A DNA stretch of 64,000 bases, from assembly GCA_944364615.1 (NCBI GenBank), contig CALVWF010000001.1, forward strand, positions 193,840 to 257,839, in the 5' to 3' direction. The stretch is from an uncultured Clostridia bacterium. Its GTDB lineage: Bacteria; Bacillota; Clostridia; Christensenellales; CAG-314. Positions 19,544 to 29,000 of the stretch are shown here, piece by piece; positions within the stretch are counted from its first letter, which is position 1, and each line of letters opens with the position of its first letter. The notes under the pieces were generated by a model. That model worked only from the letters and a program-made list of their open reading frames with translations, had not been told where the DNA came from and did no database searches. Made by a program: the position numbers and the translations under genes.

Positions 19544-19588
19544 GGTGAATTATACTTTCAAGTGTTGCACTTGGTTTGACAATTCATC
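19544..19588. mobile_element. 45-bp IRL-IRR mini-derivative of the IS30-family element found at 53923-55010
   Basis: 19544-19564 is identical to the first 21 nt of the IS left end (ggtgaattatactttcaagtg). 19560-19588 matches the last 29 nt of the IS right end (aagtgttgcacttggtttgacaattcacc) with one mismatch. The two matches overlap on aagtg. Confidence 0.8.
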
Positions 19589-19727
19589 CACATTTAATTG
19601 CGTTTATACTGAATTTAACGTAAATACACTAAACAGTAGTTCAATTGCGTAGACAATCAGACTATATCCGATTGACAAACAGGTCTTAAACCTCACCTAC
19701 CATTGAGTTCCACTGATTTCATTGCCA

Positions 19728-20186
19728 TCACACTGTCTGTTTCAACTTTTCCATGACGAAGTTGTCAAGAACCACGCCGTTTCTTTCCACCTGTTGCTGA
19801 CGTACTACACGGTAACCCCTGCTCTTAAAAAAGGGTAATGCGGTAATTGAGGAATGAGTAACAATGCGTGATCCTGCCTGCCCTTCTAACATGTCGCAAA
19901 TTGCCGTAGCAATTCCACGACGCTGATACATGGAATGGACATACAGTCTGTCAAGATAGCCTGTTTCATCGATGTCGCCAAATCCAACAATTGTGTCGCC
20001 TTCCACCGCTACAACAGTAAAGTGTTCAATGAAAGACCTGTTCCACTGCTGTTCGTCCACATGTCCCGTTGCCCAAGCGTCAAGTTGCTCAGGGGTGTAA
20101 TCCTTGCTGTTTACCGTGTGGACGGTGTTGAAAAACAACTGTGTAAGTTGCGGACAATCCGTAGTCTGATACTTTCTGAGATACAT
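19728..20186 (-). CDS. GNAT family N-acetyltransferase
   Basis: ...LYVHSMYQRRGIATAICDMLE... motif A. RBS GGAGG. Confidence 0.8.
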   Translation of the reverse strand: MYLRKYQTTDCPQLTQLFFNTVHTVNSKDYTPEQLDAWATGHVDEQQWNRSFIEHFTVVAVEGDTIVGFGDIDETGYLDRLYVHSMYQRRGIATAICDMLEGQAGSRIVTHSSITALPFFKSRGYRVVRQQQVERNGVVLDNFVMEKLKQTV

Positions 20187-20195
20187 GTCAACCTC

Positions 20196-20558
20196 CTAAA
20201 ACTCCGTTTCATCCTGTGGGTCATCCCATTCATCCTCAGGCACCACTACAAGGTCGGCAAGTTCCTTGCACCTTTCCAACTCGCAGTAAGGCACCCAGAA
20301 CTGATATCGTTCGCCGGCAGGACCTAATCCAAGACCCAGCCCCATGCTAAACGCCGCTCCCATACGCTGGCGGAGTATGTAGGGAATGCCTTGTTCTTCG
20401 AGATTGGTACGCAACGTTTCGCCGTTGAAATAATTACATTCCGTAAGATAAACGGGATCGTTTGGTTCCACTTCTCTGATGTGCTTTGAATTGCAACGGG
20501 GACAACGTCTGACCTGTTCGTCAAACAACAAGTAACAGTTTGTACAATACATACTCAT
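20196..20558 (-). CDS. Zinc-ribbon protein with a DUF2007-like (putative signal-transducing) fold, acidic C-tail
   Basis: CTNC...CPRC zinc ribbon, then ...LRTNLEEQGIPYILR.... Start moved to the ATG at 20558 after GAGGTGA. Confidence 0.5.
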   Translation of the reverse strand: MSMYCTNCYLLFDEQVRRCPRCNSKHIREVEPNDPVYLTECNYFNGETLRTNLEEQGIPYILRQRMGAAFSMGLGLGLGPAGERYQFWVPYCELERCKELADLVVVPEDEWDDPQDETEF

Positions 20559-20642
20559 CACCTCACACTGTATTACTATGTATTTTGTGGCACAATTATC
20601 CTTTCGGCGCAAATCAGGGCAATACAGACTAAAGGTAAGCGA

Positions 20643-21569
20643 TTACCTGAACAGTTCGGTGCTGAAATACCTTTCTCCCGTATCGGCAAGAACCGTAACT
20701 ACCGTCTTGCCCTTGCCCAGTTTTCTTGCCAACTTCAACGCGGCTGTGACATTGGACCCGCTGGAAATTCCGCACATTATTCCCTCTTCGCGGGCAAGTC
20801 TTCTGGCAGTGTCAAGTGCTTCTTCATCCGTAACGATACATACGCGACTGTAAACGGATGTGTCGAGGTTTTTGGGAATAAACCCGTCCCCGATGCCCAT
20901 CTGAATGTGTGTGCCGACGGGACCTCCGCTGAGCACTGCCGCATTTTGCGGTTCGACCGCCCATATCTCTATGTCGGGATTGCTCTGTCTGAGCACTGTG
21001 CCTATGCCGCTCAGAGTTCCGCCCGTACCTACTCCGCTGCAAAAACCGTCTATCCTGCAATCCGCCTGATTGAGAATTTCCACCGCGGTGTGCTCCATGT
21101 GCGCTCTCGTGTTGTCGGGATTTTCAAACTGACTGGGAATATAGACGTTGGGATCGGCTTTTGCCATATCCTTGGCTGTCTGTGCGCACTGTTCGATACA
21201 TTCGCCTATATTTCCGCCGTCATGCACAAGCACTACTTCCGCTCCGTAGTGTTCGATGAGTTTTCTTCTTTCCATGGATACGGAGTCGGGCATTATTATC
21301 TTTACTTTGTAACCCTTGACTGCGCCTACCAGGGCAATGCCTATACCCTGATTTCCGCTAGTCGGCTCTATAATTATTGTGTCTTTGTGTATCAGCCCCT
21401 TTTCCTCCGCTCCCTTGAGCATTGCGTAGGCTGTACGGGTCTTGATGGATCCTCCGATGTTTACCCCTTCGTACTTTACGAGAATACGGGCGTCATCGGG
21501 ACCTGTAAGTTTGTTTAACTGTATCAACGGAGTATTTCCGATTGCTTCCAATATATTTGAATATACCAT
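20643..21569 (-). CDS. cysK: Cysteine synthase A / O-acetylserine sulfhydrylase (PLP-dependent)
   Basis: IGNTPLIQLNKL..., GGSIKTR (PLP-lysine region), SGNQGIGIA, GVGTGGTLSG, ...LADTGERYFST. Confidence 0.8.
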   Translation of the reverse strand: MVYSNILEAIGNTPLIQLNKLTGPDDARILVKYEGVNIGGSIKTRTAYAMLKGAEEKGLIHKDTIIIEPTSGNQGIGIALVGAVKGYKVKIIMPDSVSMERRKLIEHYGAEVVLVHDGGNIGECIEQCAQTAKDMAKADPNVYIPSQFENPDNTRAHMEHTAVEILNQADCRIDGFCSGVGTGGTLSGIGTVLRQSNPDIEIWAVEPQNAAVLSGGPVGTHIQMGIGDGFIPKNLDTSVYSRVCIVTDEEALDTARRLAREEGIMCGISSGSNVTAALKLARKLGKGKTVVTVLADTGERYFSTELFR

Positions 21570-21744
21570 AACGTCCCCTTTAAAATATCTTGAACGAACG
21601 ACTGTAATTATAACACGTCAATGTATTTTTTACAATCAAAACGCTTGTGTAAATATATGATTTTACTCAAATAAATGTTTACGGGTAGTATGGAATACCG
21701 TCATATATAAGCGACAAGCCGACATGCGTATGTCGGCTTGAAAA

Positions 21745-22837
21745 TCAATATACTTTTTGCAAAAAGTCTTCGATAAACGGCTGAATGTTTCCGTCCATTA
21801 CGTCGGTGATATTGCTGTTTTCAAACCCGGTGCGGTGATCCTTTACCAAGGTGTAGGGACAGAATACGTAGGAACGTATCTGACTTCCCCATTCTATCTT
21901 TTTGATTTCGCCCTTTATGGACAACGCTTCTTCCATCTGCTGACGCTCTTTAAGTTCGGCAAGTTTGGATTTCAGCATTATCATTGCCTGTTCACGGTTC
22001 TGTATCTGACTGCGCTGTGTCTGACACGCAACGACGATGCCCGTAGGGATGTGCGTGATACGGATTGCGCTTTCCGTCTTGTTGACGTGCTGTCCGCCCG
22101 CCCCCGACGAACGGTAGGTGTCCACTTTGAGATCCTTGTCTTCTATCGTGATGTCGGGATCGGTCTCGATTTCCGGCATTACTTCCAGCGAAGCGAAACT
22201 CGTGTGTCTGCGCTTGTTGGCGTCAAACGGAGAAATACGCACAAGACGGTGAACGCCCTTTTCCGCTTTCAGGTATCCGTAGGCGTTGTTGCCCGTAACC
22301 TTGAAAGTCACGCTTTTTATTCCTGCCTCTTCGCCGTCCAGTTTGTCTATTTCCTCACGTTTGTAGCCCTGTCTGTCACAGTAACGGCAATACATGCGGT
22401 AAAGCATTTCCGTCCAGTCCTGCGCTTCCGTTCCGCCCGCTCCCGCGTGGAGAGTGAGTATTGCATTGAAAGAATCGTACTTGCCCGACAGAAGCGTGGC
22501 AACGTGCAACTGCACTATTTCTTCCTTTATCTTGTTGAGTTCCGCCTCCGTTTCCGCAAGCATTTCTTCGTCGTCGCCCATTTCCAGCAATTCTTCGATG
22601 TCGTTGAGATGTTTGCACAAACGGTTGTAACCGTCTATCTTGTCTTCGATGTTCTTGACCTGCTTGCTCACGTTCTGCGCGTTGGCAATGTCGTTCCAGA
22701 AATCCGCGCTGTTCTGCTGCTGCTTCAACTCTTCAAGTTGTTGCGTCAACTTGGGTAAGTTAAAGTGAATCACCTATCCCTTTGAGTTTTTGCTGTAATT
22801 GTCTGATGTCCGCTTTCAAATCTTCAATCTGAATCAA
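21745..22837 (-). CDS. prfB: Peptide chain release factor 2, expressed via programmed +1 frameshift
   Basis: The frame-0 leader runs from TTG 22837 for 25 sense codons to CTT-TAA (22765-22760). The +1 frame continues as NLPKLTQQLEEL... and carries SPF and GGQHVNKTESA (GGQ) motifs. Confidence 0.9.
22759..22774 (-). promoter_or_regulatory. prfB +1 frameshift cassette (internal SD-like GGTGAT, 3-nt spacer, CTT TAA C)
   Basis: The minus strand reads GGG ATA GGT GAT TCA CTT TAA C. Same architecture as the E. coli AGGGGG-N3-CUU UGA C site, but with TAA as the in-frame stop. Confidence 0.8.
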
Positions 22838-25752
22838 CTCAAATCACCACCTTTTATCTTTTTGTTTTGTTTTTCCAACTTACGCTGTTCGCGTTTCAAA
22901 CGGTAAATGTCCTGTTTTGTCAGTTCCTTTGGAGCGTCTTCCACTGCAAGTTCGGGCGCCGCGGAAATTTTCTGTTTGGCAAGGTCTTTGGGGTAACAGC
23001 AGTTCTTGTACTTTTTGCCGCTGCCGCAGGGACAAGGACGATTCAACGATTTGTTGGGGTTTGTGTCCACATCCTGTTCCACTCTGACCTTGGGCAAAGC
23101 ACGGTGCAACAGCGTACGTACAGTCATGTCCTGCACGGTGTCCATCATCTTGTCAAACATGTCAAACGCTTCCTTTTTGTAAACGGAAAGCGGATCTTTC
23201 TGCGCAATAGCCTGCAAGCCTATACCCTTGCGCATTTCGTCAAGGTTGTCTACGTGATCCTGCCAGAAGTAATCCAACAATCCCAGTAAAATCTTGCGTT
23301 CCAATTCGCTGAACTTGACTGTGGTTTCATCCCCCTCGTCTACTCTTGCGTTGAGTTTGTCCGTCAGGTAATCGCACAGTATCTTGTGTGCCTGACGCAC
23401 ATTTTCGAAGGCGTCTTTCGACAGTATGTGTTCCAACTGCTTGTTGCCCAGCAAGACGTTTATTCGGGCGTTTATTTCGGGAACGTTCCATTCGTCGGTA
23501 CGTTCGTTTTCGTTACATGCTTTTGCAAGCACTACTCTTGCGCAAGCGTCCACCATACCGAGAATGTCTGCATGTATGTCCTCCCCTTCCAGAATACGGT
23601 TGCGCTGCGCATATACCGTCTTACGCTGAACATTTACCACGTCGTCGTACTGTACGACATGTTTGCGGCTGGCAAAGTTAATGGATTCGCGCTGTTTCTG
23701 AGCGTTGCGGATCATCTTGTCGATGAGCGATACGCTGATTCCGTTGGTGTCTCCCCAAAGACGCGAATTGGAAAGAGTCTGCAATACGCTGCTGTTTTTT
23801 ATCAGGTCGTCCTGCAAAGACACGTAAATAATGCTTTCGCCGGGGTCGCCCTGTCTTCCCGCACGTCCGCGCAACTGATCGTCTATACGTCTGCTTTCGT
23901 GCATTTCTGTACCTATAACAAACAGACCGCCCAATTCGATAACTTTGGCGCGCTGTTCGTCAGTGTGCTTTTTGTATTCGGCAACGTAACTTTTGTAAAT
24001 GTCGCGCAATTTGAGAATTTCTTCGTTTGTCACTTCGTAGAAGGAGGTGGCATATTCTATCTGCTGATCGGAATAACCTTCCTTGCGCATACGTCTTGCC
24101 GCAAGAGAATCGGGGTTACCTCCGAGAAGTATATCGGTACCGCGTCCTGCCATGTTGGTAGCAAGAGTAACGGCTCCGACGCTTCCCGCCTGAGCGATTA
24201 TATCCGCTTCACGACGGTGCTCTTTGGCATTGAGTACATTGTGTTTTATTCCCGCACGTTTGAGCAATGCGGACAGTTCTTCGTTCTTTTCAACCGTGAC
24301 GGTACCAATAAGCACGGGTTGTCCCTTTTCGTTGCACTGTTTGACGTGTTTGACAATAGCGTCCATTTTGTCGGCAAGTTTGGGAAATACCACCGCGTTG
24401 TAGTCTTTTCTGATTACCGGACGGTTGGTGGGAATTGCCACAACGTCAAGGTTGTAAATGGCGTTGAATTCATCTTCTTCCGTTTTGGCAGTACCTGTCA
24501 TACCGCTTATCTTGCGGTAAAGACGGAAGTAGTTCTGTATTGTTACGGTAGCGATTGTAACGTCTTCTTCACGCAACCGCACGCCTTCTTTTGCTTCGAT
24601 AGCCTGATGCAAACCGCCGCTGTAACGACGATCGGGCATTTTACGTCCGGTAAAGGGATCGACTATAACAACCGCGCCGTTTTCCACGATGTAGTCTTCG
24701 TCACGGTGCATGAGAGTATTTGCGCGCAAAGCGTTGTTGATGTAGTTGTTCCATTCCAGACTGAGTTGCTGTTGTTCGTCCGTCATAAATTCCGAACCGG
24801 ACAGATTTTCCAGACCGAAATATTTTTCCGCTTTTTTAACGCCTGCGTCGGTAAGACGTACTGTCTTGTCCTTAAAATTGACTACGTAATCTCCGTTGTA
24901 GTCTTCCTTTTCTTCCTTGGACAGACGGCTTGCCATGGCTTTGATGTTGTCGCTTTCCCACGGCAGTTTGCCTTCGTTGTCCACGTTGGTGGAAGGTTTA
25001 AGTCCGCGCACAAAACCGTTGGCACGGTTGTACATTGAACCCGACTGTCTTGCGGGAGCGGAAATGATAAGGGGAGTACGCGCTTCGTCGATCAGGATGC
25101 TGTCCACTTCGTCGATAATGGCGAAATACAATTCGCGCTGAACTTTGTATTTCTTGTCAGGCACTCCGTTGTCTCTCAAATAGTCGAAACCAAACTCCGA
25201 GTTTACACCGTAAACGATGTCCTTGGAATAGACTTCCTGTTTTTCCGCCGTATTGAGAGAGGACAGATTTACCCCCACAGTCACTCCGAGGAAATCGTAA
25301 ACTTTGCCCATCCACTGAGCGTCACGGGTAGCAAGATATTCATTGACCGTTACAATGTGCACGGGTCTGCCCGTAAGAGCGTTGAGATAGGCGGGCAATG
25401 TTTCGGTAAGAGTTTTACCTTCACCTGTCGCCATCTGACAAACGCGTCCCTGATGCAAGGCTATGCCGCCCAGAAGTTGTACGTAGTAATGACGCTGATG
25501 CAACACACGTTTGCTTGCCTCACGGCACACTGCAAATGCGTCGCACAAAATGTCGTCTGCCGTCTTGCCCTCCTGCAACTGCTGTCTGAACAGTTGAGTC
25601 ATGGATTTCAACTGTTCGTCGGACATTTCGGCGTATTTGGGTTCAAGCGCTTCTATTACGTCCGCTATTTTGGTAAGTTTTTTTACCTGACGTGCATTTG
25701 CGTGTCCGTATTTTTTGATATCGGGGGCTTTAGCCCAATTGACTTTTTTCAT
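22834..25752 (-). CDS. secA: Preprotein translocase ATPase SecA
   Basis: Walker A MATGEGKTLT, DEAD-like IIDEVDSILIDEARTPLIIS, C-terminal zinc motif CPCGSGKKYKNCC. 972 aa. Confidence 0.95.
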   Translation of the reverse strand: MKKVNWAKAPDIKKYGHANARQVKKLTKIADVIEALEPKYAEMSDEQLKSMTQLFRQQLQEGKTADDILCDAFAVCREASKRVLHQRHYYVQLLGGIALHQGRVCQMATGEGKTLTETLPAYLNALTGRPVHIVTVNEYLATRDAQWMGKVYDFLGVTVGVNLSSLNTAEKQEVYSKDIVYGVNSEFGFDYLRDNGVPDKKYKVQRELYFAIIDEVDSILIDEARTPLIISAPARQSGSMYNRANGFVRGLKPSTNVDNEGKLPWESDNIKAMASRLSKEEKEDYNGDYVVNFKDKTVRLTDAGVKKAEKYFGLENLSGSEFMTDEQQQLSLEWNNYINNALRANTLMHRDEDYIVENGAVVIVDPFTGRKMPDRRYSGGLHQAIEAKEGVRLREEDVTIATVTIQNYFRLYRKISGMTGTAKTEEDEFNAIYNLDVVAIPTNRPVIRKDYNAVVFPKLADKMDAIVKHVKQCNEKGQPVLIGTVTVEKNEELSALLKRAGIKHNVLNAKEHRREADIIAQAGSVGAVTLATNMAGRGTDILLGGNPDSLAARRMRKEGYSDQQIEYATSFYEVTNEEILKLRDIYKSYVAEYKKHTDEQRAKVIELGGLFVIGTEMHESRRIDDQLRGRAGRQGDPGESIIYVSLQDDLIKNSSVLQTLSNSRLWGDTNGISVSLIDKMIRNAQKQRESINFASRKHVVQYDDVVNVQRKTVYAQRNRILEGEDIHADILGMVDACARVVLAKACNENERTDEWNVPEINARINVLLGNKQLEHILSKDAFENVRQAHKILCDYLTDKLNARVDEGDETTVKFSELERKILLGLLDYFWQDHVDNLDEMRKGIGLQAIAQKDPLSVYKKEAFDMFDKMMDTVQDMTVRTLLHRALPKVRVEQDVDTNPNKSLNRPCPCGSGKKYKNCCYPKDLAKQKISAAPELAVEDAPKELTKQDIYRLKREQRKLEKQNKKIKGGDLS

Positions 25753-25761
25753 ATTGTCTCC

Positions 25762-26511
25762 TTACTGAACAAGCACTTTTTCTTCCCTTGACGCAACGGT
25801 CAGGCAGTAAACGCGGGACGCTCCTGCCTTCTTCAATGCACGGGCGCACTGTTCCAGCGTTGTGCCGGTTGTCTTGACATCGTCAATTACCAGCACCGTT
25901 TTATTTTTGATGTCGTAATTTTTGTCCGCCTTAAAAGCGTTGTCCAGATTGCGCAAACGGCTGTACTTGTCCAACTGTTCCTGCCGTTGAGTTTCCCTTA
26001 CCTTTACAAGCAAAGGCAACGGGCGATCTTTTGACAGTATATCACAAAAATATTGCGATAGCAACTGCGATTGGTTGTATCTGCGCAATTTTTCCGCCCT
26101 TTCCGTCATCGGAACGTAACAGACAACGTCGAAAGGAATGTTTTTGCCGACGGCAATGTAGGCGAGATAGCCCGCAAGCACCTTTGCGTAGCCCGCCATG
26201 TTGCCGAATTTCAACGAATGAATTGCCTTTACGATGTTGCCTTCGTAAGAGAAAGCCGAATACGCCCTGTCAAACCACATTTCTCCCGAAACGCAGTTGG
26301 AACAGTAATTCTCTTCGCCCGTAATACGCACTCCGCAACGCAGACACGTCTTGCCGTTGTTGAAAACAACGTCTTTTATACAGTGTTGACAAAATCCCGT
26401 AAAATTGTCAAATATGTCAGCTCCGCAAATAATACATCTGTCCGTTACGCTTCCCATAAGGTCACGCAGGAAATCTCTGTCAATGTTCATCTTTACCGAA
26501 GAAAGCGTCAA
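25762..26511 (-). CDS. comFC: ComF family protein (ComFC-like phosphoribosyltransferase with N-terminal zinc fingers)
   Basis: CxxC pairs at the N-terminus. PRTase motif VLVIDDVKTTGTTL. An alternative ATG start at 26490 is possible. Confidence 0.8.
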   Translation of the reverse strand: MTLSSVKMNIDRDFLRDLMGSVTDRCIICGADIFDNFTGFCQHCIKDVVFNNGKTCLRCGVRITGEENYCSNCVSGEMWFDRAYSAFSYEGNIVKAIHSLKFGNMAGYAKVLAGYLAYIAVGKNIPFDVVCYVPMTERAEKLRRYNQSQLLSQYFCDILSKDRPLPLLVKVRETQRQEQLDKYSRLRNLDNAFKADKNYDIKNKTVLVIDDVKTTGTTLEQCARALKKAGASRVYCLTVASREEKVLVQ

Positions 26512-28741
26512 ACTTTCTGTCTTCCGATTTTAAAAACCATTCCAGCATGGTAGTCCGTGCCGCAATGTAGTTGTTGTGTATCATCATGGCAAGCACCTTT
26601 TTGCTTCCCACCAGCACCACCACCTTTTTGGCTCGTGTTATGGCAGTGTAAAGCAGGTTTTTGTTTATTATGGTTGGAGGGCCGTTGACAAGCGGTATTA
26701 CCGCCACGTCGAATTCGCTGCCCTGACTTTTGTGTACCGTAATGGCATAAGATAATTGCAGATCGGCAAGATCGTTGCTTGTGTATTGAGCCCGTCTGTT
26801 GTCGTCAAACTCCACTTCCACGAGTCCGTTTATCCTGTCCACCTGAGTTATAAATCCTATATCTCCGTTAAACACGCCCGTGCCCTCTTCGGCAGTGCCG
26901 TCTTTGTTGAATCTGACAAAGGGCATTTCGTAGTTGTTGACGGTCTGCATAACTCTGTCGCCCAGTCGGAACACATTTTTGCCGTGTACCACTTCGCCCT
27001 TGTCGGGACGGGGAGGATTTATTGCCGCCTGTAAACCCACGTTCAGATTTTCCACCCCCGCAATACCGCTTTTAAGCGCGCCGAGCACCTGAATGTCCCT
27101 CGGGCTGACGGAAGTAAATTTGGGCAGACGTGTGGTGACAAGTTGAATGACCGTGTCGTAAACCTGTTTGAGGTCGTTGATGTTCATCACGAAAAAATCT
27201 TTACCCGAATTGTTTATTTCCGGCATTTTGCATTGATTGATAAGGTGTGCGTTGGAAACAATCAGACTGTCTTCCGACTGACGGTAGATATAAGTAAGAT
27301 AATTTACGTCTATGGTCTTACTGGAAATTATGTCGGCAAGCACGTTTCCCGCACCTACGCTGGGCAACTGATCTTTATCGCCCACCATTATAAGTCGCGT
27401 GCCGTCGTCCAGCGCCCGCAACAGATTGAACATAATATACACGTCCGTCATGGACACTTCGTCCACTATTACCACGTCGCAGGGCAACGGATTGTTCTGA
27501 TTGAACTTGAAACTGGTTTTTCCGTCACGGAATTCCAGTCCGAGCAGTCGGTGTATTGTCTTGGCATCGTAACCGGTACTTGCCTGCAATCTTTTGGCGG
27601 CACGTCCCGTCGGAGCGCACATTTCCACGCGAAGACCGTTGGCGGAAAATATTTCGGCAATACACTTTACGATGGTGGTTTTACCCGTACCCGGTCCGCC
27701 CGTAATTACCGTTACGCCGTTGACTGTTGCCGAACGTATTGCGGAATACTGTCCTTGGTGAAACTGTATTCCGTTTACCTGCTGAAACTGTTTTATAAGG
27801 CTGTCGCTGTCCATAGGAATACGGCGCACCTGCCTGTTGAGTCTGATAAGCCGTGTGGCTATCGCCGATTCGAGCGAATACAGTCTGAGCAATGCAACGC
27901 ACGCTTCCCCCTTGTAGTCGTACGCCTTTATAGTCGGTTCCAGCACCAGTTGCGTCAGTACGTCCTCGTATAAAGAGGCGTGTTCTTCCAGATTCAATGC
28001 GAGCAATTCCGAACACCGCGCGGTAAGATCTTTTTTTAACAGATAAGTGTTGCCCTGCTTTTCCGCGCTGTCTTTAAGACAGTACACGACAGCGGCGCGT
28101 ACACGGAAAGCTCCGTCGGGCTGATACCCCATACTGACGGCTATCTTGTCCGCCGTGGCAAAACCCACTCCGTCCACATCGTCAATAAGACGGTAAGGAT
28201 TGGCGGAAACAAGGCTCTTTGTCTGATCCTTGTACACGTTGTATATCTTCATCGCAAGATTGGTGGAAATGTTGTACTGCTGCAAAAACATTATCTGCGA
28301 CTGCATTTTTTTAAGTTGGGAAACGCTTTTGGCAATTTCCACGGCCTTTTTGTCGGAAATGCCCTTTACCCTTACCAACAACATAGGATTCGTTTCTATC
28401 ACATTGAGAGTGTCCCCGCCGAACATATCGTAAATATTGTTTGCGGTGATCTCTCCCACCCCCTTTATAAGTCCGCTGGCAAGATACCTGACAATCCCCT
28501 GACGCGTGGTGGGGTTGTCGATGTGATAACTGTCCGCAATGAGTTGTTCTCCGTAACGTTGGTGGTAGGTTTCCCTGCCCGTAACCGTCAGCACCTCTCC
28601 CACCGAAAGCGCAGGAAAAGTCCCGACGACGACAATATCGCCACCGTCGGTAGTGTCAAGGCTTATTACCGAGTAGCCGTTTTCGGCATTGTAGAAAATC
28701 ACCGAAGCGACAGTTCCCTTTACAGTCAAATCACACCTCAT
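26480..28741 (-). CDS. recD2: SF1B ATP-dependent RecD2-like DNA helicase
   Basis: Walker A ITGGPGTGKTT, VIVDEVSM, MVGDKDQLPSVGAG, AITVHKSQGSEF. N-terminal OB/HhH region typical of RecD2. Confidence 0.9.
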   Translation of the reverse strand: MRCDLTVKGTVASVIFYNAENGYSVISLDTTDGGDIVVVGTFPALSVGEVLTVTGRETYHQRYGEQLIADSYHIDNPTTRQGIVRYLASGLIKGVGEITANNIYDMFGGDTLNVIETNPMLLVRVKGISDKKAVEIAKSVSQLKKMQSQIMFLQQYNISTNLAMKIYNVYKDQTKSLVSANPYRLIDDVDGVGFATADKIAVSMGYQPDGAFRVRAAVVYCLKDSAEKQGNTYLLKKDLTARCSELLALNLEEHASLYEDVLTQLVLEPTIKAYDYKGEACVALLRLYSLESAIATRLIRLNRQVRRIPMDSDSLIKQFQQVNGIQFHQGQYSAIRSATVNGVTVITGGPGTGKTTIVKCIAEIFSANGLRVEMCAPTGRAAKRLQASTGYDAKTIHRLLGLEFRDGKTSFKFNQNNPLPCDVVIVDEVSMTDVYIMFNLLRALDDGTRLIMVGDKDQLPSVGAGNVLADIISSKTIDVNYLTYIYRQSEDSLIVSNAHLINQCKMPEINNSGKDFFVMNINDLKQVYDTVIQLVTTRLPKFTSVSPRDIQVLGALKSGIAGVENLNVGLQAAINPPRPDKGEVVHGKNVFRLGDRVMQTVNNYEMPFVRFNKDGTAEEGTGVFNGDIGFITQVDRINGLVEVEFDDNRRAQYTSNDLADLQLSYAITVHKSQGSEFDVAVIPLVNGPPTIINKNLLYTAITRAKKVVVLVGSKKVLAMMIHNNYIAARTTMLEWFLKSEDRKFDAFFGKDEH

Positions 28742-29000
28742 TTAAATTAACGGGTTAGTCGGAAAATATTATACCACAACGCAAGCGATCACGCAAGCAT
28801 ACATCCCTGCGTTGAGCGTCGCTACATCCGCCGTCAAGACAGTACGCATTTGTCTTTTGTCCGACATTTGCGAAAAAACGCACTTGTAAAATACTTTGTT
28901 TTCCATTTGACAGACGGGCTGTGTAACTTTTATGCCCTTAAATTTTTTTGCAAAAAGCGACAACACGCTTGTTCGAAGCGTGTTGTCTTGTGTAAAAGCA

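Noticed and set aside
21757-22758. 333-aa ORF antisense to prfB
   Set aside because: Shadow ORF. The sense strand encodes RF2 with GGQ and SPF motifs and the frameshift cassette.
23386-25038. 550-aa ORF on the + strand, plus other long + strand ORFs at 22867-23289 and 25357-25791
   Set aside because: These are antisense to secA, whose identity is unambiguous. The products are rich in F/V/C/H with no motifs and no SD. They are typical shadow ORFs of a gene with biased codon usage.
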